Shown piece by piece: positions 24,296-31,955 of a DNA stretch of 37,416 nucleotides. The notes beneath the pieces were generated by a model. The model saw only the letters and a list, made by a program, of their open reading frames with translations. It did no database searches and was not told the DNA's origin. The number at the start of each line of letters is the position of its first letter. The first letter of the stretch is position 1. This DNA comes from Candidatus Saccharimonadales bacterium (lineage in GTDB: Bacteria; Patescibacteriota; Saccharimonadia; Saccharimonadales; OMJO01), in assembly GCA_046595225.1 (NCBI GenBank), contig JBKJPJ010000053.1, positions 1 through 37,416 on the forward strand, given 5' to 3'. The position numbers were made by a program, and so were the translations under genes.

Positions 24296-24355
24296 CCAGA
24301 AGGGAGAGAAAAGACTTGAGTGCAATTTTGCTCTCGTCCAATCTCTTTCTTCTGG
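24296..24355 (+). other. 60-nt extended stem-loop just after the stop codon (no U-tract)
   Basis: CCAGAAGGGAGAGA (24296-24309) pairs with TCTCTTTCTTCTGG (24342-24355): 14 bp including 2 G-U pairs. An inner GAGTGCAA/TTGCTCTC stem is also present. Confidence 0.6.
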
Positions 24356-24597
24356 CAATTCCCAAGCACGCATATCAAATCTATGGCTTTGCGTCTTTAG
24401 GAACTGAAGTAAACCATCAACAATAACTCGTCTATGATATATTTTGGCAGGGAATTATCCCCAGGAAACTTGTAAGAAAAACAACTCTTTTGTACTAGCC
24501 TTATAATACTAACCTTGTTATGATAGTCCTACAGTCACGGCAAGTGAGTTACCGCGGCTGTACAAGGCGAAGTTTTGCCGAGGTGTTTACCAAAAGT

Positions 24598-24643
24598 ACG
24601 GTTGAAAGCAATTGCGAGAACTTTCAACCGTCTTTTATTTTTT
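24598..24643 (+). terminator. Intrinsic terminator 68 nt upstream of thrS
   Basis: ACGGTTGAAAG / CTTTCAACCGT 11-bp stem, 12-nt loop, then CTTTTATTTTTT. Confidence 0.85.
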
Positions 24644-24710
24644 CTAAAGAATTTTTAATGATTAGTATAGTTTTTCCAGCTGTAATTTTATAAGCGTCTA
24701 ACAGGGTGGT

Positions 24711-26579
24711 ATGATTAAACCAATGGGAGAAAAGACTAACAAACCAGCCGATGCCCTACATGCCATGCGGCACTCTTTAGCACATATCTTGGCGACCGCA
24801 ATTCAACATCTCTGGCCAGAGGCCAAATTTGGTGTCGGTCCGGTTGTAGAAAACGGCTTTTATTATGACATCGACCTTGGTAAAAAAAGTTTATCCGAAG
24901 ATGACTTCAAACAAATAGAGGCCGAGATGCACAACGTCATAAAGGCCGATCAGCCGTTTACGCAAACCCATAAACCAGTTGATGAAGCTATTACCTGGGC
25001 CAAAAAGGCCAAGCAGCCGTATAAAGAAGAATTACTCAACGACCTCAAGCGGAGTGGCACCACTGTCGCAAAAGACTTAGACGCCGCTGAACTAGGAACA
25101 ATCGTTGACGGAGTGAGCAAGGTGGAGGATGTGTCATTTTACCAAAATGGCGACTTTTTGGACCTCTGCCGTGGGCCCCATGTGGCCAGCACTGGTAAAA
25201 TTGGAGCATTCAAATTACAGCGGATTTCTGGTGCTTATTGGCGGGGCAAGGAAGGCAACCCTCAAATGCAGCGCATCTATGGGGTAGCATTCGTCTCACC
25301 CAAAGAACTGCGTAGCCACTTGGCAATGCTTGAAGAAGCCAAGGCCCGCGACCACCGTAAACTAGGCCAAGAGCTGGACCTATTTGTGTTCTCTGACCTC
25401 GTTGGGTCGGGGCTGCCACTATTTACACCCCGAGGAACTATCCTTCGTAATGAATTAGATAAGTTCTCGCAGGAGATACGCGCCAATGAGGGTTACGAAC
25501 AGGTGTGGGTTCCTCATATGACCAAGCATGTACTGTATGAAAAATCAGGTCACTGGGATAAATTTGGCGATGAACTGTTTCTGGTAGAAAGCCAGGAGAC
25601 ATCCGACAAACTGGTACTCAAACCAATGAATTGCCCCCATCACCAACAAATTTACGCTGCTAAACAACGTAGTTACCGGGATCTTCCCCTTAAATACATG
25701 GAAACTACCACCGTATACCGTGACGAAAAGTCCGGAGAGCTAAATGGCCTGGGGCGGGTCCGCTCTATCACCCAAGACGATAGCCACACCTTCTGCACCC
25801 CCGACCAGATTAAAGATGTCCTGAACATGTTGGTCCGGGTGACCCAGGAGTTTTATGGGGTGGTTGGGATGCCCCTAAAGGCCCGCTTGTCGCTGCGCGA
25901 TGATTCAGAAGGGTACTTGGGCGATAAAAAGCTTTGGGAAAATGCTGAGTCTATCCTAAGGGACGTTGCAGTAGAGAACAAACTGGACTACTTCGAAGAG
26001 AAGGGTGAGGCGGCCTTTTACGGGCCAAAGATAGACTTTTTGGCTTACGATGCACTAGGACGAGTATTGCAAGTGGCCACACCACAGCTGGATTTTGTTC
26101 AACCAGAACGCTTTGGACTGACGTATACCGATAACGAGGGTACCGAGAAGACCCCAGTTATGATTCACTTTGCCTTGCTGGGTTCTATTGAGCGTTTCTT
26201 GGCAGCCTACATTGAGCACACTGCCGGTAAGTTTCCGGTTTGGGTGGCGCCCGAGCAAGTGCGGATTGTTACGCTGAATCAAGAGGATAAAACAGTTGCC
26301 TTTGCCCAAGACCTCTTGGAGCAGGCCAAAAAGTTGGGTATCCGGGCTACCATTGATAATGCTAATGAATCAGTCGGCAAGAAGATCCGCGGTGCCGAGA
26401 TTATGAAGGTGCCCTACACCGTGGTAATTGGTGATAAAGAAATTGAATCGGGTAATGTGATGCCGCGCATTCGCAAAGACCTAGAAGTTAATGATCAGCA
26501 CGAGGCCCTCCCTCTGGAAAACTTTTTGAAGAGTGTGGCCCACGAAGCCAAAGCTCGCGTATCTAAAAGCTCCATCTAA
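24711..26579 (+). CDS. thrS: Threonine--tRNA ligase
   Basis: Editing-domain start HAMRHSLAHILA, class II motifs and an anticodon-binding C-terminal domain. 622 aa. The protein begins at the editing domain, with no TGS-like N-terminal segment. Confidence 0.92.
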   Translation: MIKPMGEKTNKPADALHAMRHSLAHILATAIQHLWPEAKFGVGPVVENGFYYDIDLGKKSLSEDDFKQIEAEMHNVIKADQPFTQTHKPVDEAITWAKKAKQPYKEELLNDLKRSGTTVAKDLDAAELGTIVDGVSKVEDVSFYQNGDFLDLCRGPHVASTGKIGAFKLQRISGAYWRGKEGNPQMQRIYGVAFVSPKELRSHLAMLEEAKARDHRKLGQELDLFVFSDLVGSGLPLFTPRGTILRNELDKFSQEIRANEGYEQVWVPHMTKHVLYEKSGHWDKFGDELFLVESQETSDKLVLKPMNCPHHQQIYAAKQRSYRDLPLKYMETTTVYRDEKSGELNGLGRVRSITQDDSHTFCTPDQIKDVLNMLVRVTQEFYGVVGMPLKARLSLRDDSEGYLGDKKLWENAESILRDVAVENKLDYFEEKGEAAFYGPKIDFLAYDALGRVLQVATPQLDFVQPERFGLTYTDNEGTEKTPVMIHFALLGSIERFLAAYIEHTAGKFPVWVAPEQVRIVTLNQEDKTVAFAQDLLEQAKKLGIRATIDNANESVGKKIRGAEIMKVPYTVVIGDKEIESGNVMPRIRKDLEVNDQHEALPLENFLKSVAHEAKARVSKSSI

Positions 26580-26588
26580 AAAAGTATT

Positions 26589-26903
26589 ATGAGTGAAATT
26601 GAGAGTAACTTCCGTGAACGGGTGACGGGCTTGGTATCACAGATTCCTAAGGGGAGAGTGATGACCTACGGCCAGATTGCCAGCTTATGCGGTAGCCCGC
26701 GAGCCGCGCGGATTGTAGGCGGGGTAGCCCATTGGGGCGATCCCAATCTTCCGTGGCAGCGGGTGGTCAAGCACGATGGCCGTCTAGCCGAAGGCTTTCC
26801 GGGCGGCGTACAGGGACACAAAGAGGCACTGGAGGCCGAAGGTGTGCCGGTGAGCAACCTGTTTAAAGTGGATGTACATCAACTGCTATGGCGGCCCCAG
26901 TAA
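26589..26903 (+). CDS. Alkyltransferase-like (ATL) protein, MGMT DNA-binding fold without the acceptor Cys
   Basis: MTYGQIASLCGSPRAARIVG helix-turn-helix. PWQRVV occupies the place of the PCHRV active-site motif. Confidence 0.75.
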   Translation: MSEIESNFRERVTGLVSQIPKGRVMTYGQIASLCGSPRAARIVGGVAHWGDPNLPWQRVVKHDGRLAEGFPGGVQGHKEALEAEGVPVSNLFKVDVHQLLWRPQ

Positions 26904-27781
26904 TGTCTAATAACTCGTCGAGCAAACCATTGGTGGTTATTGTGGGCGAGACGGCTTCAGGGAAGTCGGCTATGGCACTGTATCTTGCACAGCAATATAA
27001 CGGTGAAATTGTCTGCGCCGATTCTTGGACGGTGTACCCAGGTTTTGACATCGGTACAGCTAAACCCTCAGCCAAAGAACGAAAATTAGTGCCGCATCAT
27101 CTGTTAGATAGTGCAGATCCGGCCAAGGGCTTTAGTGTGGTGGAGTTCAAAAAGCAGGCCACAGCTGCAATTGATGACATTCATAGCAGAGGTAAATTAC
27201 CATTTTTAGTCGGTGGCAGTGGCTTATATATTGATGCCATCCTGTATGATTACCAGTTTCTACCGGCGGGCGAGCCTGGCCAACGTCAGGAGCTCAACAA
27301 TCTATCCCTGGAACAATTACAATTAGAGGTCCAGAAGCAAGAAATAAGTACGGAGGGAATAGACACGCAAAATAAACGCCGCCTGGTCCGCTTATTAGAA
27401 ACCGGTGGTCAACGTCCGGCCCGCTCTATTATTCGCCCCAATTCGCTTATTCTGGAACTGGTTCGTCCCAAAGAAACATTACAAACGCGAATTATTAAGC
27501 GTACTGATGGCATGATACAAGCCGGATTAGAGCAAGAAGTAAAACAGCTAGCTAACCAATACGGCTGGGATGCAGAACCAATGAAGGGCATCGGTTACCG
27601 GGAATTCAAAGCCTACCTGGAGGGTGCGCAAACGCTTCAACAAACACGTCAACAAATTATTCATTCGACGCTTAAACTAGCCAAAAAACAACGAACTTGG
27701 TTTAAGCGTAATTCTAGTATTCATTCTCTTATTGACCCCAGTAATGCTGTAGAATTAATAACAACATTCTTGAACAAATAG
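26903..27781 (+). CDS. miaA: tRNA dimethylallyltransferase
   Basis: VVIVGETASGKSAMAL P-loop, CADSWTVY, GGSGLYIDA. TAATG overlap with the previous gene; the ATG at 26888 is the alternative start. Confidence 0.88.
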   Translation: MSNNSSSKPLVVIVGETASGKSAMALYLAQQYNGEIVCADSWTVYPGFDIGTAKPSAKERKLVPHHLLDSADPAKGFSVVEFKKQATAAIDDIHSRGKLPFLVGGSGLYIDAILYDYQFLPAGEPGQRQELNNLSLEQLQLEVQKQEISTEGIDTQNKRRLVRLLETGGQRPARSIIRPNSLILELVRPKETLQTRIIKRTDGMIQAGLEQEVKQLANQYGWDAEPMKGIGYREFKAYLEGAQTLQQTRQQIIHSTLKLAKKQRTWFKRNSSIHSLIDPSNAVELITTFLNK

Positions 27782-27853
27782 GCTTAGTTTCCGTCTGCCA
27801 ATCTGTTACAATAAAAGTGTCGTGAATACATTCAGTGCGCGGCATGGAGGCTA

Positions 27854-28525
27854 GTGGTGATAGAACAATTATTTGGCAGCAAGACGCGTGTAAAGCTATT
27901 AAAGCTTTTTTATGGTAACCCCAACCGGGCATATTATGTCCGCGAAATTACCCGGAAGATAGATGAACAAATCAACTCTGTCAGGCGAGAGCTTTCCAAC
28001 CTCTTAACTATTGGCATTATTTCGTCAGAAACTACCAATAATCGCTTGTATTATGAAGTTAATCAAGATTATGAATATTATGATGCGCTATCAGCTATAT
28101 TTGGCAAAGGGGGCAAGGCCAGCTCAGTTAAAGTAATCCCAACTGAGGTAGCCGAAGAAAATAAAGATCTTCAAGCCCTGGGCCACGTCGAATTTGCTTT
28201 GTACACCGGCCAGTTTACGCGGGACGAATCATCAGGGGTAGATTTGCTGGTAGTGGGTGATGTAAACCCTACTAAGGTCCAGAACTTTGTAAGTGAGTTA
28301 GAATCTAAAGAGAATAAAGAGATTCGCTACGCAGTTATGAGCCCCAGTGAATTTAAATACCGCAGCCAGATCCATGACCGCTTTATTACTGCTGTGTTAA
28401 GCGCTAAAGTACAGGTTTTAATTGATACGAATAATGTACTCACTAAACCAGCCAGCAAGCCAGCGGCAAAGCTAGACGCTCTCGTAGCCAAAGCCAGCAA
28501 AAAATCAACCAAAGCAGAAAAATAA
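27854..28525 (+). CDS. Winged-helix DNA-binding protein with Lys/Ala-rich basic tail
   Basis: GTG start after GGAGG. KTRVKLLKLFYGNPNRAYYVREITRKIDEQINSVRRELSNL looks like a wHTH. C-terminus KPASKPAAKLDALVAKASKKSTKAEK. Confidence 0.6.
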   Translation: MVIEQLFGSKTRVKLLKLFYGNPNRAYYVREITRKIDEQINSVRRELSNLLTIGIISSETTNNRLYYEVNQDYEYYDALSAIFGKGGKASSVKVIPTEVAEENKDLQALGHVEFALYTGQFTRDESSGVDLLVVGDVNPTKVQNFVSELESKENKEIRYAVMSPSEFKYRSQIHDRFITAVLSAKVQVLIDTNNVLTKPASKPAAKLDALVAKASKKSTKAEK

Positions 28526-28540
28526 GAGGAGTAATAACAG

Positions 28541-29173
28541 ATGGAACTACAATTTTACGGAGCTAATTGTTTACGGATTACTACAAAAAAAGGCAGCTTA
28601 ATTATAGACGATAATCTAGCCGATTTAGGGCTCAAAACGGTTACTAAAGCCGGCGACACCGCACTCTTTACCTATGCCGCCAACCAACACCCTAAAGATG
28701 TTAAATTAATTATTGACCAACCTGGGGAGTACGAAATTTCGGACACCTCCGTGCAGGGTGTCGCCGCCAGAGGGCACATGGACGAAGCCAACCTCCAAGC
28801 AGCAACTATATATAAGATTGAGGCCGAAGAGATAAGAGTGGTGGTAACCGGACACATTTACCCCGAGCTCAACGATCAACAGCTGGAAGCACTCGGGACT
28901 GTAGATGTACTGATACTTCCGATTGGCGGCAATGGCTACACTCTAGACCCCATTGGTGCCCTCAAGATTATTAAAAAAATAGAACCCAAGCTGATCATTC
29001 CTACCCACTATGCTGACAGTGCCATCAACTACCAAGTACCCCAGCAGGAATTGGAAGCAGCCCTCAAAGAACTGAGTATGGAACCCAAGGAAACAGTCAC
29101 TAAACTCAAACTAAAATCATCAGATTTGGTCAGTGACGTGGCTCAATTAATTATATTAGAACGCCAGGGATAA
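28541..29173 (+). CDS. MBL-fold (beta-lactamase-like) protein, metal motif not evident
   Basis: Overall pattern (FYGANCLRIT...LIIDDN...VLILPIGGN...IIPTHY) resembles the UPF0173/Lactamase_B_3 type. I could not find a canonical HxHxDH. Confidence 0.5.
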   Translation: MELQFYGANCLRITTKKGSLIIDDNLADLGLKTVTKAGDTALFTYAANQHPKDVKLIIDQPGEYEISDTSVQGVAARGHMDEANLQAATIYKIEAEEIRVVVTGHIYPELNDQQLEALGTVDVLILPIGGNGYTLDPIGALKIIKKIEPKLIIPTHYADSAINYQVPQQELEAALKELSMEPKETVTKLKLKSSDLVSDVAQLIILERQG

Positions 29174-29192
29174 GGTTAGTTACGGCTTAAAC

Positions 29193-29417
29193 TTACGTCT
29201 TAACGGGGGAAGCGGTTGCCGTTGGGGTCTCAAGGAGGCCCTTTTTCTTGAGAGTGCGAATAGCTTGGGTGCTAATCTTCATGCGAACTTTTTTGCCATC
29301 AACAAAAATAGTCTTAGTCTGGAGGTTGGGCTTCCAGACCTTTTTGGTATGTCGCTGTGAAAAGCTGACATTGCTACCATATTGTTTACCTTTTCCGGTA
29401 AGTTCACACTTCTGCAT
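29193..29417 (-). CDS. rpmB: 50S ribosomal protein L28
   Basis: MQKCELTGKGKQYGSNVSFSQRHTKKVWKPNLQ. Promoter TTGACG-17-TAAACT lies 8 nt upstream of the ATG. Confidence 0.9.
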   Translation of the reverse strand: MQKCELTGKGKQYGSNVSFSQRHTKKVWKPNLQTKTIFVDGKKVRMKISTQAIRTLKKKGLLETPTATASPVKT

Positions 29418-29487
29418 AAGGAGTAAGTTTACTCGATAACCCCTTAAACGTCAACCCCGTGGCTGCGGCTTGCTATACTGTAGCGGT

Positions 29488-30117
29488 ATGTTTAGTAACA
29501 CCAGTGGCGCTGACCTCGCAATCATCTTTGTCTGCATTATTTTATCGATGGCTTTTCATGAGGCGATGCACGCTTTTGTGTCCCATGCTTTAGGCGACAC
29601 CACTGCCCGCGATGAAGGCCGGCTGACGCTCAATCCGCTCAAACACATAGATCTGTACACCACCGTATTACTGCCGATGGTTTTAATAATCCTGGGGATA
29701 CCTCCGTTTTTTATAGCCAAACCAGTTCCATTTAACCCTGAGCGGGTAAGATTCGAGGAGTATGGCGCGGCCTTAATAGGTATAGCTGGCCCATTTACGA
29801 ATCTGTTTTTGGCTGGCCTGGCGGCTTTAATTGTGCGGATTGGCGGCATTGCCGTTGGCACCAGTACTTTTAATATTTTCAGCATTTTTATAGTGGTCAA
29901 CTTAGGCTTCTTTGTATTCAACATGATCCCTTTTCCTCCGCTGGACGGCTCACGCTTGCTATACGCTTTTGCTCCTGAGCCACTGCAAAAGCTTATGTAT
30001 CAGATAGAATCAATGGGCCTCATGATTATTGTTATCTTTATGTTCGTGCTGTTTCCTATTTTGAGCCCTGTTGTTACCAGTAGTATTCAGCATCTTTATT
30101 CTTTGCTTTTGGGCTAG
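29488..30117 (+). CDS. Site-2 protease family (M50) membrane metalloprotease
   Basis: HEAMHAF (HExxH) and NMIPFPPLDGSRLL motifs in a multi-TM protein. The ATG at 29488 lies 8 nt after a TATACT -10. The tracked TTG at 29470 is less likely. Confidence 0.78.
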   Translation: MFSNTSGADLAIIFVCIILSMAFHEAMHAFVSHALGDTTARDEGRLTLNPLKHIDLYTTVLLPMVLIILGIPPFFIAKPVPFNPERVRFEEYGAALIGIAGPFTNLFLAGLAALIVRIGGIAVGTSTFNIFSIFIVVNLGFFVFNMIPFPPLDGSRLLYAFAPEPLQKLMYQIESMGLMIIVIFMFVLFPILSPVVTSSIQHLYSLLLG

Positions 30118-30293
30118 GCAACGTAACTGCCAGGGCGGTATAATAGAAGGGCTGGCTACTATAGCCAACCATATGATTATTCTGATTAAATAATCTACTA
30201 GGGAATTCAATATTCGCATATGCCGTGGTGTATGCGTGCGAGCACCCACTCTGCTTACTAGCAGTTTAATCAGGTTGGTTAAGCCGGCAATTT

Positions 30294-30323
30294 AAAAAGC
30301 CCTAGGGAAACCAAGGGCTTTTT
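30294..30323. terminator. Bidirectional intrinsic terminator between convergent genes
   Basis: AAAAAGCCCT-agggaaacca-AGGGCTTTTT, with an A-run before and a T-run after. Confidence 0.75.
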
Positions 30324-30354
30324 AAATGGTCGAGTAGGAGCGATTAAAGATGGA

Positions 30355-30693
30355 TTATTCTCTTAGAAGACTTTCAATAAGCTCCTGGGTTTGCTCAACC
30401 ACATCATGAGGTACTTTTTCTACGAACGCTATGTTTCTGGCTGACCAGTCGAGGTTCTTTACTTGGTCAGCAAGCACAACTCCATCAATTTTCTTCGCCC
30501 GCACGCGCACCTCAAACGGGTATCGTTTTATTTTTGAGGTTATGGGGCATGCCAGCACCAACCCAGTAGTTTGATTATAGTTCTTAGGTGAAAGTATGAG
30601 GGCTGGACGAAGACCAGCTTGTTCGTGACCCTGTTGTGGGCTAAAGTTAAGCCAAACTATATCACCTCTATCTGGAATATACTTTGCTACCAT
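30355..30693 (-). CDS. mazF: MazF/PemK-family endoribonuclease toxin
   Basis: YIPDRGDIVWLNFSPQQGHEQAGLRPALILSP...LACPITSK. 7-nt overlap with mazE. Confidence 0.88.
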   Translation of the reverse strand: MVAKYIPDRGDIVWLNFSPQQGHEQAGLRPALILSPKNYNQTTGLVLACPITSKIKRYPFEVRVRAKKIDGVVLADQVKNLDWSARNIAFVEKVPHDVVEQTQELIESLLRE

Positions 30694-30935
30694 ATCTCTC
30701 TACCGACAGGTTTACCCCAATTAACTTCTTTATGAAGATTATCGGGGGTGATTGCTGCCACTAATTTGTCTAGTGAAACTTTTTTGCGCTTTTTAGGCTT
30801 AATTGTAGCGATATTCCCATCACTAAATATCTGAACACTACTATTTTCTGATAGACCTAAATCCTGAGCTACTACAGTGGGTATTCTGACAGCGAGGCTA
30901 TTGCCCCATTTTTTAACGCTTGAAGTTGTTTTCAT
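30687..30935 (-). CDS. mazE: MazE (AbrB-fold) antitoxin
   Basis: SSVKKWGNSLAVRIPTVVAQDLGL. Confidence 0.85.
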   Translation of the reverse strand: MKTTSSVKKWGNSLAVRIPTVVAQDLGLSENSSVQIFSDGNIATIKPKKRKKVSLDKLVAAITPDNLHKEVNWGKPVGREIW

Positions 30936-30950
30936 AATTCCTCTGATCTT

Positions 30951-30979
30951 ATGATATACAAATGTATATACTTAGTCAA
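30951..30979 (-). promoter_or_regulatory. mazEF promoter TTGACT-17-TATCAT with palindromic operator
   Basis: On the minus strand: -35 at 30974-30979, -10 at 30951-30956. Inverted repeat ATATACA-AA-TGTATAT at 30954-30969 overlaps the -10 and the spacer. An AGAGGAA RBS follows. Confidence 0.65.
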
Positions 30980-31000
30980 TGTCCGGTATATCTAAGAACT

Positions 31001-31076
31001 TGGTCGGGGTGACAGGACTTGAACCTGCGACCTCACGGCCCCCAGCCGTACGCGCTACCAACTGCGCTACACCCCG
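31001..31076 (-). tRNA. tRNA-Pro (anticodon GGG), CCA encoded
   Basis: Reverse complement is CGGGGTGTAGCGCAGTTGGTAGCGCGTACGGCTGGGGGCCGTGAGGTCGCAGGTTCAAGTCCTGTCACCCCGACCA. Anticodon loop CTGGGGG. Confidence 0.88.
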
Positions 31077-31145
31077 AAAATGACAAGTCCTATTCTATCT
31101 TATAATCTGTTATCTTCGCTACTTTAAATAAGCTACAATAGGGCA

Positions 31146-31943
31146 ATGAAAAGCCTCAAATTCGACCGTGCCAATGCTGAACTCATTCAATCTGGCCAAA
31201 AACACATTACCTGGCGTATTAGTGACGATAAAGACCTCGCCGTTGGTGACACAGTTATTATCGTCGATAAAGCTAATTCTCAGCACGCCCGAAGTTGGCA
31301 GGTCATTGGTACCGCCGAAATTCGTTCTATAACAGAGAAGCGGATTAGTGATTTGACTGTCCAAGACAAACAAGATCACGGTAGTTTTGCGCTCGGAGGC
31401 CAGATGGTATCCACGCTAAAAAACTACTACGGTGCACATGTTAACGAACAAACACCCCTTAAAATTATCGATTTTATTTTCCATCCTGGTTATGTGCAGG
31501 CCGCCGATGACGCCGCAAACCTAGATGCGCCATCTATTGAAGAAGTCAAAATGTACGCCGATGGTGGGTCCCGCGGTAACCCTGGCCCCTCGGCCAGTGG
31601 CTTTGTAATCCTGGATATGGCCGACAGTATATTGGTAGAAGACGGTCTGTATTTGGGGATCACTACGAATAACCAGGCTGAGTACCGGGCCCTCAAGCTG
31701 GGGCTAGAAAGAGCTCAAGAAATGGGTGTTAAAAAAGTTGATGTGTATATGGACAGCATGCTGGTAATTAACCAGATGAAGGGCCTGTATAAGGTAAGGA
31801 ACAGGGAACTCTTGCCCGTTCACTTGGCCATCCGTGACATTGCCGAGCGCTTTGAAAAGATAACATATACGCATGTCCCGCGTGCGCTCAACAAGCTGGC
31901 TGACAGTATGGTCAACCAAGTTCTCGACGCCACTGATCTCTAA
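31146..31943 (+). CDS. Two-domain protein: N-terminal ASCH/PUA-like domain fused to RNase HI-type ribonuclease H
   Basis: C-terminal DEDD pattern (YADGGSRGNPGPSA, NNQAEYRAL, YMDSMLV, NKLADSMVN). The N-terminal ~130 aa (KFDRANAELIQSGQKHITWRI...VGDTVII) look ASCH-like. A TACAAT -10 lies 6 nt before the ATG. Confidence 0.75.
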   Translation: MKSLKFDRANAELIQSGQKHITWRISDDKDLAVGDTVIIVDKANSQHARSWQVIGTAEIRSITEKRISDLTVQDKQDHGSFALGGQMVSTLKNYYGAHVNEQTPLKIIDFIFHPGYVQAADDAANLDAPSIEEVKMYADGGSRGNPGPSASGFVILDMADSILVEDGLYLGITTNNQAEYRALKLGLERAQEMGVKKVDVYMDSMLVINQMKGLYKVRNRELLPVHLAIRDIAERFEKITYTHVPRALNKLADSMVNQVLDATDL

Positions 31944-31955
31944 ACAACGGGCTCA

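Noticed and set aside
24541-24562. T-box riboswitch core upstream of thrS (GTGAGTTACCGCGG resembles GGUGGUACCGCG)
   Set aside because: The essential UGGN bulge sequence is missing. I could not find a stem I with a specifier ACC codon or a GA/K-turn motif. No antiterminator pairing with the 5' arm of the 24598-24643 terminator is evident. I kept it only as a generic possible leader.
24520-24693. 57-codon ORF in the thrS upstream region (possible leader peptide)
   Set aside because: It reads straight through the intrinsic terminator, has no run of Thr codons and has no RBS.
30010-30249. 79-aa minus-strand ORF overlapping the S2P gene end
   Set aside because: It is antisense to a motif-supported gene, has low-complexity Asn/His/Lys-rich ends and lacks a promoter or RBS.
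30327-30345. Partial repeat of the tRNA-Pro 3' end (TGGTCG...) near the mazF end
   Set aside because: Only the first 6 nt match, which is indistinguishable from chance.
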